In this document: piece after piece, positions 13,329-26,390 of the stretch
Layout of the letters: every line of letters begins with the position of its first letter
Position numbering within the stretch: position 1 is the stretch's first letter
Assembly (NCBI RefSeq): GCF_006345805.1
Contig: NC_043005.1
Location: forward strand, 33,108,001 to 33,172,000
Origin: Octopus sinensis
Taxonomy: Eukaryota
Direction of reading: 5' to 3'
DNA length: 64,000 nucleotides
Position numbers and translations under genes: made by a program
Notes under the pieces: generated by a model
What the model was told of the DNA's origin: nothing
Seen by the model: only the letters and a program-made list of their open reading frames with translations
The model's database searches: none

Positions 13329-13689
13329 CATAGATCCACATATATATATGCATATATACACACATATATATACATACATACCTATATATATACAGGTAAA
13401 CTATTATCCAAGAATATTCAGAAACACCACCGATGAAATTTATTTGTATTTGTTTATAACATTTATAACATTATTTTACAGTTTACTACATACTTTATTA
13501 CTAAGAACATTGACATCGATATCTATTAACATACTTTATACATTATACGCTATGCTTTCATTAATGTAATTTATGTATTTTACATGTACTTCGTTCTTTG
13601 TTGCTGCCTTACATGTCTAGGTACCTGTTATGTCTTGCTCGACACTGTTATATCCTGTATTATAACGGCGTACTTGGCCGTCGGTCCGA

Positions 13690-15400
13690 TTTATTTCTTT
13701 ATTAGGCACAAAGGACCGAACATAGAGGGGACGACATGAGGACAGACAACACAAGTGGAGAAATAAATTACAAAACGATGAATGGAATGTATGTATAATT
13801 AGAGTGAGGATGAGCGTCTTACCTGATCTCCACTCTCCGGCAGTCACGTTTTTACTGTTCATTATCTGTTAGTTCATCAAATGCTTTAATCGTTTAAACC
13901 AATTTTACTTGCCATACAAAATATAGCGTAAGTTCTACCACCGATGGTATAGTTTCAAACCTCAATTCTAACCCCAGTGGATCTATAATGGATCTTAATG
14001 CTTTTTTTGATATTTCGTATATTTGTTTATCAATTAATTTACATTTTGCCTCTGCAGCGTAGTCTTAAGTAATATTGTAAAGTTTTGTGATTATTTTTCT
14101 ATGAATGTACTTTTTCTGTAAATCATTAGGTATGCTGTGTGTTTTTGCGGGGTTTCCGCGTGTGTCTGCATGTGAATGCTTGGTGGGAGATTCTGGACAG
14201 GTTTTTTTTTCAAGTGACAGCACTGGTGTGTGCTGTGTGGGTGCGTTGTTTTCTAGGGTTGTCTGTGTTTCGTTTGTCTGGCGTGAGTAACTCTTCTTTT
14301 TTTTTTTACATTTTTGTGTGCCTTTTGGTGATGTATTATTCTGTTTTCTTTTACTCGTTACTTAAATGTAGACTTCTTCGGCATCTTTTAGGTCTGTTCG
14401 TTTCAATTCCGTCGCTTCTTGGTTCCTTTCCGTTACCTTCGCGGTGCTCTTGGGCTTGGTGAGGATCTCAACTGCGTTCTTCTGTTCTCGTTCATTTTGT
14501 GTGCACTTCTTTTTGATGTGCCCTTTCTGACCGCAGCAATAGCAGGTGGGAGGCTTCCCTACCTTTGTCACTGTTAATTGTAATTCGTCCGGCAGCTCGA
14601 TAAATTCGGGGACATCATTTAGATATTCTTGGATGGCCTGGACAATGAATTCCAGGCCGTTATACCAACAATTCAATTGTTGTGTTCGAGTTGCCCGCAC
14701 AACTTTTGCTTCTTCCGTTGTTCCAGAGAGTATAGCTGCTGCAATCAATACCTCTCTCACCTCTGGCGGAATCCTGCCAATCCTCACCCTTGAGATTCGT
14801 TTCCCCAGGTAGGTTATTTTGTTGAAGGCTTCTGCCCGGAATGAGAGTATCATAGGCGCGACGCGTCGCGTTATTTTGTTCAAGGTTTCTGCCCAGGTAT
14901 GTGAACCGCTGTACTGTTGAAATTGTTAGAATTTATTGCTTAATTTGTTGCTGGTTATTTGTTACTGGTTCAGCAAATTTATGTTTTTGATTGGTTTTTT
15001 TCCCCCGTTTGGCATGGGAAAAAGTATGCCTGAAATAGACGTTGAACCCGAGGAAGGACGAGCAGGAAGCTACGCGTCTGTAGCTGGAAATGGGAACAGG
15101 GCGAAGACAGTGAAACAGTTGGAAAGAAGAGAAATTATTGTCCACATGTGAATGCATGCAAATTACAGAAAGGGCGGGGTTGAGCGTAAAGTTGACCTCT
15201 CCGGAGGAAATAACCAGAGAAATGAACAGGACTTTGTATTTGCCGAAGAAAAAGACCCACTGCGACAACAATCACAAATGATTTAACACTAACAGCGTGG
15301 ATCGCCGACTGCTCCACTGCCTGTGGCTGTCCACTATTTATTTCTTGTGGAACAGCCCACTTCTCTCTCCCGGGGGTGTCCTCCACAATAGGACCCTATT
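13690..15400 (-). mobile_element. ORF1-only element with an L1/Tx1-type gag-like protein (CCHC knuckle), copy 3
   Basis: ORF 14362-14883 RVRIGRIPPE...VGKPPTCYCCGQKGHIKKKC; no RT or endonuclease before AATAAA at 13698-13703. Confidence 0.75.
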
Positions 15401-15648
15401 CAAATCTATACTTGTTGTGGTTTGCTGTTAATAAATAAATATTATACTCAAGTACAGTCATGGCCAATGTTTCTTGAGAAGCGAGCATAACGAGGTCTCT
15501 TGCTATAATACGACCGCGTTACACACCGCATTGAGACGCACTGAGATGGCAAATGCGGTACAAATTGTTTATAGTTTGTAATATCGAAGTGAAAGTAATT
15601 TAATCAATTAAAACATGGATTAAAATATAAATCCCCAACAAGCTAAAT

Positions 15649-15702
<54 letters not shown>

Positions 15703-15931
15703 ATACTACTACTACTACAACTGCTACTGCTGCTGCTGCCGCTACTAGCTTTTTCCTGTTGTTTCCGGTTCACGCACGCCACTTTTTGTTGTCTCTAAAC
15801 AACCATATTCGAAGTATTTCTCTACCTCTAACTAATGAAGTCTTCACTTAAACGTTGGAGTGTGATTGACTGATAGTAACAAGAAAATAATTTAATGAGA
15901 TAGTTCGCCTCTTAGAATATACATATGTAAC

Positions 15932-15973
<42 letters not shown>

Positions 15974-15994
15974 CCCCTTAGATGTTTGGAGAAC

Positions 15995-16100
15995 TCAGAT
16001 GTGTTTTTGGCTGATGAGTACGGGTCACTTGTATTTGCTACAATATTTGCAGCCTTAATAAAGCTGGTCTTCGTATGAAACAATTGTACCGAAATACTGA
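15995..16100 (+). ncRNA. Type I hammerhead ribozyme-like motif (slightly decayed)
   Basis: CTGATGA 16011-16017; stem II GTACGGG/TTCGTAT; GAAAC-AATT-GT-A 16077-16088; stem I TTTTGG/CCGAAA. Confidence 0.65.
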
Positions 16101-16150
16101 TCCATTTTTGTTGCTTTTTTCTTGTATATATACATATATATACTTTTATG

Positions 16151-16182
<32 letters not shown>

Positions 16183-16220
16183 CATACATATATATATTAT
16201 ATGTATATACATATATATGT

Positions 16221-16295
<75 letters not shown>

Positions 16296-16324
16296 CATAC
16301 GTGTATGTATTTTTGTTATATATA

Positions 16325-16750
16325 TATACGAGCAAAACGCCCTCCGTCCAATGGACGGTGCTGAGTTGTCAAACATTTAAACCACATTTTCACAAAACAA
16401 CTAGTCCGACCGTGCCATAGGCCTCCCCTTTGAGAAACACTGATTTAACCTAAATTTGAGACACCAGCAAAAGAAGAAATAAAGATAGACTTTTTTTCTA
16501 TTCCAAAGAAAAACGATTTCCCACGGCTTTATCGATCGCATTCTCACCTGGAATCGATTTTTGTAATCTTTTTAAGACTTATACACGCCCTGGTACCGTT
16601 GGTATCTACATATCAAATTTGAGTGCAATCGGATGGAGGATGCCCGAGATCCTAGAAGCCACACACACACACACACACACACATACACACACACACACAC
16701 ACACACATACACACACACACACACACACACAGAACGGATTGTATAAGAGA
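16325..16750 (+). mobile_element. Non-autonomous Helitron/Helentron-like (HINE-like) element
   Basis: 5' subterminal hairpin ccgtcc-aat-ggacgg; 3' atcaaatttgagtgcaatcggatg followed by (CA)n and a short tail ending agat. Family assignment is inference. Confidence 0.5.
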
Positions 16751-17418
16751 TGTGTGTGCGCGCGCGTGCGTATGTGTATATGTAGGTCAATGAGGAATTG
16801 GCCTTATACATATGACCAATCGAATAAAAATACTTTGTGCTGTTAATTTATTTAGTCCAAGGTTGTCTTGGCCATTAGAGATCAACAAAATAAGTAGGCA
16901 ACCAATGTTTGTGGGGGGCGGCTAATGTTACAATCGATTTACCTTTGAAAGCCATTACTTCATTATTATGGCACTCACCTATAATGAACAGTATTATGGC
17001 ACTCACCTATTCAGTCGGACTGTCAGTTGTGACACGTATTTCTGGCTCTTGCCAGTTTTACCATATCTTGAAGGTGTTCCAGAATCGAAAAAAAACAAAC
17101 CAGATCAGCCTTTTTCAAAAGATGGAAAAGACATTATGAGTAAGAGGTGTGAAACGTTGTAACTAATCCTATACTTAAGGTTTACATATATACCTGTTAA
17201 TAATAAACAAGTATCCATGTATATGTGTGTGTGTATGTGTGTGTGTATGTGTGTGTGTGTGTATGTGTGTGTGTTTGTGTGTGTGTGTGTACATACATAT
17301 ACATATACACGCACGCACACACACATATAGAGTGTGTGTTTGTGTAAGTATAGTTTTACACTTAACATACATTTGAGTGCATGATTTATGGGTATGTATG
17401 CATATCAGTTCTGCACAA

Positions 17419-17490
<72 letters not shown>

Positions 17491-17933
17491 TGGTGTTTGT
17501 GTGAGAGTATGCAGTTGCATGTGTGGGTTTATATATTATTGTATTTGAGGGCGTACAGATTATTTGAAGAAGCAATTCGGTCCGCTCTTCGCAAAGGTAA
17601 CAGTATCTGTTGGCGACTAATTAGAAAATAAATTGCTTTATCATTTTACATTGATAGTGTCTTCTAAAATATTTTAGTCCCAGATTATTATCTGTGTCTA
17701 GTGACACACAGAGAATCTTGTCAAAAGAATTATTAACAGCATTCATTATCAATAATCGGTAGAGTGCTTTTATGTTCTGGATTCCGACTTCACGAAGATC
17801 AGTGTTGTCTTTGATTATTAAGAGTTCGATAACAGATGTTATAGATAATTAATATTTCTAACGGCGCCATCTTCAGGTAGATAAAGCGTCTTTTAATATT
17901 ATGCATATACATAATACATATTAATATATATTA

Positions 17934-17970
<37 letters not shown>

Positions 17971-17994
17971 ATATATATAATATATATATATATA

Positions 17995-18397
17995 GGCGCA
18001 GGAGTGGCTGTGTGGTAAGTAGCTTGTTTACCAACCACATGGTTCCGGGTTCAGTCCCATTGCGTGGCACCTTGGGCAAGTGTCTTCTACTATAGCCTCG
18101 GGCCGACCAAAGCCGTGTGAGTGGATTTGGTAGACGGAAACTGAAAGAAGCCCGTCGTATATATGTATATATATGCGTGTGTGTGTTTGTGTGTCTGTGT
18201 TTGTCCCCCTAGCATTGCTTGACAACCGATGCTGGTGTGTTTATGTCCCCGTTACCTAGCGGTTCGGCAAAAATGACCGATAGAATAGTACTGGGCTTAC
18301 AAATGAATAAGTCTCGGGGTCGAGTTGCTCGATTAAAGGTGGTGCTCCAGCATGGCCGCAGTTAAATGACTAAAACAAGTAAAAGAGTAAAGAGTAA
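17995..18397 (+). mobile_element. SINE family A, full-length tRNA-derived SINE
   Basis: Head ggcgcaggagtggctgtgtggt (A box), ggttcagtccc (B box), internal TA/TG tract, (gagtaaa)n tail; second full copy at 63381-63827. Confidence 0.9.
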
Positions 18398-18416
18398 ATT
18401 AGTATATATACATATT

Positions 18417-18463
<47 letters not shown>

Positions 18464-18544
18464 AGAGAGAGAGATAGATATATATATATATATATATATA
18501 CATATATATATACATATACATATATATGTATATATATATTAATA

Positions 18545-18589
<45 letters not shown>

Positions 18590-18991
18590 ATATATATATA
18601 TATATATATAAAAAAACGAAGAACAGACACAAGAAAAAACAACAACGCGAGGACGTGGTACATACAAAGAAAGTATCAGGCGCTCAAGGAAGGAAAGAAA
18701 GTTAGTTTTATGTTTCGAGCAAAAGCTCTTCAAATAAACACGCACACTGTATATTCGTTTTTCCATTGTTTATTACTGTTCTTATTTTATGTCCATTGTC
18801 TGGAAATCTTTCGTCACACACTTGCGACTGCTTCGGCGGCTTTCTATCCCACATGTTTCCCCCGTTCTATTTAGTAGATTCTATCTTTCTATGGTGTGAA
18901 TCCTTCTCTGCGCATGCCTTTGCGTATGTGTGCATGTGCGTGCGTGTCTCTGTGTGTTTTGCGTGTGTAAATGGGCTTCCTTACTATGCTA

Positions 18992-20540
18992 TTTCTATCC
19001 GTGCCGTTATTTATTTATTTACTTATTTATAACTATTTTTCACAATTTCATCTTAAGTATGTGTATGTATGTTTTTTGTGTTGTTTGTATCTGTTTGTAG
19101 CCATGTTTCATATCTTTTTCTCCTAATCTGTCTTTAGCTGTCATGTTGCGTAGTGTAGTGGTGGTGGAGATGTTATTGTTTCACTCGTGTTTTCTTTTGA
19201 AGCTCGGTCTGTCTGTTACTATGTGTGTTGCCTTTGTAATTTTCCCCCAAACGAAGGTGCAGCCATCGGTGTCAGTATCGCTGGCGATGTAGGTAACTTA
19301 TTTATGGCATGGTGAGATAGGAGACTCAAAGAAAGATTAGCAGAGTGCATCATAACCTTAACCCTGTACTCCCGCTGTGTGGATGATATCAATAGAGTGG
19401 CTAAAGCACTCCTACAAGACAGTGTATATGAAGTAGAAGCTAGCGTTATGGAAAGCATCCACCAAATAGCTAATTCCATTCACCAAAGTATTAAAGTAAT
19501 TGTAGAAGGCCCTAGCAAACACCCTAACCATAGGCTACCGGTCTTAGACATGAAACTCTGACTGGAAAGTAAGGACAATAAAGTCCAGATCCTTCATTCC
19601 TACTATGCCAATCCCATAGCCTCTAAATATCTGGTCTACAAGAACGCAGCTGTTGCGGACAACACCTAGTTCATCAAGACTTGGTGAGAGAGATGAGAAA
19701 TGTGTCCTGCACGTGCGACCCAACGGAACTGGAAAAACACATGAAACACTTCATCCACCGCATGCAAAAAATACCAGAAATACCAGTGTCATGTTCGTAG
19801 ATGTCACCCCTGGCGGCGAACTAAAACATCTCTTTGGGAAAACCTTAGATAAGGTAAATCTACGGATTAAAGTAGTTGAAAGACCCAAAAACTCCCATAA
19901 AATCCCTGTTTTGTAGAACATATTTGTTTGAAAGGTTCTCATGTACGGAGAACGACTGTATAGTATGTAGGATTAACCCACAGATTAACTGTAAGATTAA
20001 GAACGTGGTTTATAGCATACGGCATACTGAGGGACGGTCCAGACACAAAACAACTATTTAAATTAATGAGACGGCACGTAGCATAGGAGAGCGGATAGGT
20101 GGACACTCGCGGGAGTTCAAAGAGGGAGAAAGCTCGCCACTGCTCAACCAACATGCTCAATTAGAACATAGAGTTTCGGTTAATAACATAGATGTAAATG
20201 TATTATCAAAACATAGAGCAGACACGAAACTAGATTACAGAGGCCACACACATAGTAACAGTCAGACCGATCAACAGAAAACACAAATGGAACAATAATA
20301 CACCTCCCCACCACCACCACCACCACATTACGCAACATGACGACTAAAGACAGAATGGAAGGAAGAAAAAAGTGAGACAGACACAAACAGATACAAACAT
20401 CATAATACATAAATCCATATACACACATAAAAGACACACACACATACTTCAGATGAAATGGGGAGAAATGGAGATAAATAAGTAAATAAGTAAATAAATA
20501 AATAAACAAATAAATAAATAAATAAAGGGCACGAATACAA
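18992..20540 (+). mobile_element. 5'-truncated Penelope-like element with an inverted copy of its 3' terminal region
   Basis: GAAIGVSIAGDVGNLFMAW...LYSRCVDDIN (RT), RLPVLDM thumb, NETARSIGERIGGHSREF (GIY-YIG); arms 18992-19240 and 20234-20540 are inverted homologues. Confidence 0.8.
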
Positions 20541-21109
20541 ACAATATAGATTATTTACATTATTTACATTTGACAGATATTTGTCCTCATCTCGTTTGTG
20601 TGTGTGTTTGTGCGTATATGCGTGTGTGCTTGTGTTGTGTGTATGTGTGTTTGTTTATTTGTGTGTGTGTGTGTGTGTGGTGTGTGTGTGTGTGGTGTGT
20701 GTGTTGTGTGTGTGTGTGTGTGTGTGTTGTGTGCTTCAAGATGTGTATAACAGCCATTTGCTCTGTATCTGCTAAATATTATCGCTATAACTTTTGTAAT
20801 GGCACTGATGTGTCGCTTACAAGTTTCAATCAACATTTGACTACTTCCGAAATGTTAAAGAGAAACAAAACTATTTCAAATTAATGTCAAATGCACCAAC
20901 ACACACACACACACACACACACACACCACACACACAGACACACACAAGCTCATGTAAAACGAATGCAGACTTCTTAAGAAAACAGCAAGTTTAGCTGTAA
21001 TTTCTAATCTATAAAAATGTTCAATAATGATATTTGATCTGCTCTGATTTTGTGATTCTGTTAAACAGCTTCAGACCTGCAGCAGCAGAGATATTGGTAA
21101 AGGATATAC

Positions 21110-21110
21110 T

Positions 21111-21142
<32 letters not shown>

Positions 21143-21450
21143 CACTGCCAACAACGACAGCAATAAAGTTATCAGCGCCACCACCAACAACGCCACTATC
21201 AATTCTATTCCTCCAACCACCATAAATAACATCATCAACAATGACAACAGCAACAACAACAACAACAACAGTATCAACAACAACAACAACAACAACAACG
21301 ACACCAACAGCAACAACAACAACCGCCACAACAATAACAACAACAGCAAAACTGACAATAACAACAGTAAAAACAACAACAGCACCAACAATAACAACAA
21401 TCACTATAACAACGTCAACAACAATGCCAACAACAACAGTGGCAGTTGTA
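21110..21450. repeat. Degenerate (CAT)n/(CAA)n trinucleotide low-complexity tract
   Basis: Directly visible. Confidence 0.9.
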
Positions 21451-23189
21451 GCAGGTGAAATGAAAGTCTAATTAGAGAAGAGACGTCGGCAGGTGTTTGA
21501 AGCGGTTGATAGTTTCATGACGAGGTTTTGTATTGAATTGGGTCAGAGTTTGGAAGGTGGAGCCAAGGAAGGCAGCGGCAGTTAATTACTGGATGTAATC
21601 AGTTTTAGATTAGGTTTCGACTTCATCATATTGCATAATTTTACAAACATTCACACATACATGCATGCATAACATACACACATGTACATAACATGCACAT
21701 ATATATTTATCTATACATATGCTTATATAGATGTATGTTTCTATATACATTCATACATACATGCATACATATATGCATACAAACATACATACATATATAT
21801 ATATATATACATATATACATGCATACATACTTAGGTATCTATATATATATATACGTAAAAACACATATTCAAACATACACATATATATATGTGTGTGTGT
21901 GTATGTGTGTACATGTGTGTGTATGAGTGCATGTAAGTGTGTGTGTATGTGTGTGGATATATGTGGATATGTCTGTATATACATGTATATGTACATTGTG
22001 GAATGTGTTCAGTTAAATTCTATTTACACCAGAAGCTAATCCATAAACATCTGTACAATTGATATAACATTACCGCTTGTCGTGTTGAAAGACTACATTT
22101 TGTTTAACAACACATTGCTATCACGACTCATTCTCTTTCGCTTTTTCCTCTCTCTCTCTCTCTCTCACTCCCTCCTTCTCTCTCTCTCTTTCTTGCCCTC
22201 TGACATTTATCTTCATTACCACAATTCTTTCTCATTCTTTTTCCTTTCCGTACCACTGGAGACTAGCCTCGTTTTGTCTCTCACCTGTGGTCTATCAGCC
22301 TTAAAGACCAAAGCCATACCGTTGCTCTGACACTAGCAAAATTTTCGACTGTGTCTGGACTGACATTTCCCAAAGAATATTCCCACCCCTATGGTATAGA
22401 GCTTACCTCAGTTTTTGGTCTAGAAGCTTCAAGTTTATATCATCGCAACATGTTTACATCACCTCATCTAACGACAGTTTCTCACATTTCAGATACCTCA
22501 AGACTTGAATATATCTCCAAACTATTCCTTCTGTACACATCCAACCTACTTTCTGTGAACTTTAGCAACTCACAACCCTAGGTTGACAATACCAACTTTC
22601 ACTCATTTTTTATACCGCTCGCATACATTTATTTATCTTCAGGTATGCGCTCCCTCCAAAAATAGAAACTTGAACAAGAGATCTATAACAACTTGGTCTC
22701 TTTCGGCGCAACAACTGTAATGATCATTCCAAATAATCTTTAGTCACGAACAACACACAACTTTAAAATGCTCATAATCGTTAGAAGCATAGGCAGTAAA
22801 AATATCTTATCATTTCTTATGGCATCCTTATATATGCGATATTGTGACAACTGCAACTCAAACAATTGTTTCCCTCTTCAAGTACAGAAAAAGCTCATGT
22901 CAAACAGCTGCTGACTCTTAACAAGGTTTATGTAAAACCCACAATTAAATATTGGTTTTACATCCTAGACACTTTTGTTACGAAACATACAAATATCTTA
23001 AGAATAATTCCAAAAGAAAACTATTAAAAGAATATATCAAAAGCTCTGGTTCACACCCGATGTATCCGTTCTCGGCTGCTGTAATAATTTTACGGCGGCC
23101 AATGATTTTCTGACCTAAATATTTCTAAGCCATCACCATTCACCTCTACCTAGAGTCACACTGTACACTGATGTCCTCTGTTGTGCTTC

Positions 23190-23800
23190 AATAAATCTTT
23201 AAAAATCCACTTGCTTTTCGTTCTCACTCGGACTGTGAAACATTGAAATTTCTTCCTTGCCACATTCTCCTGCCGGCATCAACTCACAAATGTTCAAACT
23301 GAATATCAAACGCATTAATTTTACCCATGTATATACGTTCAAGTCATATATTAATTTAGATTGTTCATATATCTGGACCTCCATATGTGCCATGACTGGA
23401 TTGGCGTACGTCGGAGCAACTTTTGCCCCCATAGCAGTCCCAGATATTTGTTCGTAAATATTGCCACCGAAGTCAAAAAAGCTGTTTTCTAGGATAAACT
23501 TTAATCTTTTGAATTGAAACCCTTTTCAATTCTGTCCGGAATTTCATGGGGGAATTTCTAAAGCCAGAAATTTATTGCCTCTAGTCCATACTGGAGTGGG
23601 ATTGTTGTATAGAGGTTTACCACATCAAAAGATACAACAGTGGTATCATTGTTTATGGATTTGTGGGGTGGTTTAACAGGTCTAGGTCGTCCCTCACAAG
23701 ACTTGGGGAACCTACAAATATTTCTAAAATCAGTCACGTGTCTATCCTCTACCAATCAAATCCTATTCAAAACGTATAGTAATTTGAGCCATGAATTCAA
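23190..23800 (-). mobile_element. Penelope-like reverse transcriptase remnant
   Basis: VVSFDVVNLYTTIPLQYGLEAINFWL and YEQISGTAMGAKVAPTYAN. Confidence 0.85.
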
Positions 23801-24199
23801 ATTCAAGACAGCTGCGTCATAAGCTACGTCTTTCTATTTGAACTTTTTGAAAATCAGTGTAAACTGTGAAGCTGATTAAAGCTTCAAATATATTAATAAA
23901 AATATTCTAACCATTCTCAGTGCATTTTCAACTATTTAATGCAAAGTATATAATTTTATAAATATAATTATAAAATTATAGGAAGGTAATGCCACCAGTT
24001 AGAAGAAGATACTATATAGGATTTTATCAAGTAATTGCCCTTATTAGAATTTTATAATAATATTTATAAAATTATATACCTTGTATTCATTTTTACCTTA
24101 ATTGGTTTTTGCATGCTAGCTGTTTGATAAAATCCTATATAGATTTTATCCTTAATTTTAATTATTAAATATGAATTCACTTAAACCAGAATTTATTCA

Positions 24200-25245
24200 C
24201 TGCTGAATCATACAAGAGGCCTATATGAGCAGAAGATCATGCATGGATATGATAGTAGAAAGCTCTTAGATGATAGTAGCATTGATCATCAAAGCAATCT
24301 ATGATGGACCAACAACCAGATTACAACTTCCCACTTCGAAGGGTATGCGTTTGCAATCCAGTAACAGGAAATATCAACCAAATACGTAATATACAAAAGA
24401 GACAGAGATGCAGGAAAAGCAGTAAAATGAGACAACTGATGCAGTCATTGTGGAGTTAACACTTAAGATATTACCCACATCATAAACAGTTGTCCGAAAA
24501 TGTCATCATGGTTTAATCTACCGATGAGACATGATGTTGTAGCTAGGACATGAGATCTGTTGTATAACGAGATCCGTTGAAAGGATAACCCCCAAAGACA
24601 AAGAAATAAGACCCCACAGTAGAGTGGAAGCCACAGCCACTCATAATAAAAGGGAGTACTGGTGGAATATCCCAATGAAAACCTCAATAAAATGTAATCG
24701 CAATAGACCAGATATAATGATTTGGGATTGAAAAGAGAAACTGTGTACTGTTGTGAAAATCGGCTGCACAGCAGATGTTAATATAAAGCTGAAGATCAGT
24801 GAAAAAAAGAATACCCAAGCTGAACTATTGAGAACTCTGCAATTACTCTATCCAGATTACAAGTTCTGGTTTATACCTGTAATTATTGGTGCACTAAGAA
24901 ATGCAACATACTGCCTAAATACCAATCTTGAGAAATTAGGCTTCTGAAAACTAGAAACTAGAAAGCTAATACGAAGACTACAGTTTCAAGCCATCACTGG
25001 AACTGTAAAAATCTATAAAATTCTCCGGAAGTTAATAATTTAAATATCCTCGAGCATGTCTAGATATGCAAGTATATGCATAAGAAGACATACATAAAAC
25101 AAAACATACAAATCTGCAAGTATACATACATGCATAATACTCTGTTGTTGATGCTGAAATTCCAATGAAGGAACCTTGGATCTAGGTTAGAAACTAGCTC
25201 TTTCTCTGTTGGCAAAAAATCTTGAAATAAAACTGAATAATGACA
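24200..25245 (+). mobile_element. R4/Dong-like LINE 3' part (subfamily A) ending in (CATA)n
   Basis: KIMHG...EGYAFAIQ, degenerate CCHC, NRPDIMIWD...IGCTADVN endonuclease, PVIIGAL; 3' UTR homologous to 42960-43630. Confidence 0.85.
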
Positions 25246-25410
25246 TACATAAATACATACATACATACCTACATACATACATACATACATACATACATGC
25301 ATACATACATACATGCACGCATGCATGCATGCATACATACATACATACATACATACATACATACATACATACATACATACATACATACATACATACATAC
25401 ATGCATACAT
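25245..25410. repeat. (CATA)n microsatellite
   Basis: Directly visible. Confidence 0.95.
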
Positions 25411-25693
25411 GCATATATACACATATATCTCTCACAAACTTGTATGTGTTATTTTTATACACATTCTCCATACTTAATCGTCTCAATTATGTTGTTTATT
25501 CTTCTAATATACGTTTGACTTGCGTTTTTTTATATTTTTTGACATTGGTTCTTTTAGTTATCTTTCGCACTTTGTCTGAAGAGATTCTGATTTGGTCTAC
25601 AGTTTGTAGTTTTTGAAGCACATTTCTAACGCTAGCGAATACTCGGATTTCAACGAATGTACAAATCTATATCTGCATTATATATTTACATCT

Positions 25694-25770
<77 letters not shown>

Positions 25771-25799
25771 ATTTGACAGCTGAGTCTATCGTCAATATT

Positions 25800-26130
25800 G
25801 TCACGCCTCCTTCCTTCAAACGGAAGGAAGAGCTATTTTCATCATCCTTGTGGCTATGGCGAAAGAATGATCTGGTGGACGCGTCTGAAAGGATTGGAGA
25901 CAAAACTTTCCTCTCTGGTCAATCTCTCATCAACTTCTCAAGTACCACTTGAAAAGGAAAGTGAGAGTAGGAGGCAAGTTTTGTCTAGCGAATGTTTTAA
26001 AAGAAGATGGGTGAATGTAGCAAGAATGGCACGTATGAATGACGAAGCCACCTTGAGCATAGTCCTATGAACCCAGAAATCGAAAACAGAGAGTTGCTTA
26101 TTTGCAAAAAAAAAAAAAAAAAAAAAAATA
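25800..26130 (+). mobile_element. L1/Tx1-like ORF2 C-terminal remnant followed by an A-run
   Basis: gtggctatggcgaaaga...cttgaaaaggaaagtgagagtag...gggtgaatgt matches the reverse complement of about 54040-54250. Confidence 0.7.
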
Positions 26131-26356
26131 TAAAATGTGACTTCATTGACCGAGGTTTACCGTGGTCTTTTCCGCAGGCTTTTCTTTCCACGGGTAACCT
26201 CACCTGTCCTCCCCTTTACACTTCATATTGACATTTCTGTGATAACGATCCCTATTGATCATTTTTTTCCTCTCCCCCCCCCCTTTTTTTTTTTTAACCC
26301 CCTTATTTTTGTCCTCTTTCTCTCCTATTACGATCCCTTTTGATCGAACCTCCCCC

Positions 26357-26390
<34 letters not shown>

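Noticed and set aside
15453-15480. TA-CAGTCATGGCCAA, a Tc1-like TIR start
   Set aside because: No partner end or transposase sequence was found in the window.
21021-21471. Mucin-like poly-T/V ORFs
   Set aside because: This is a degenerate CAA repeat with no splice or domain support.
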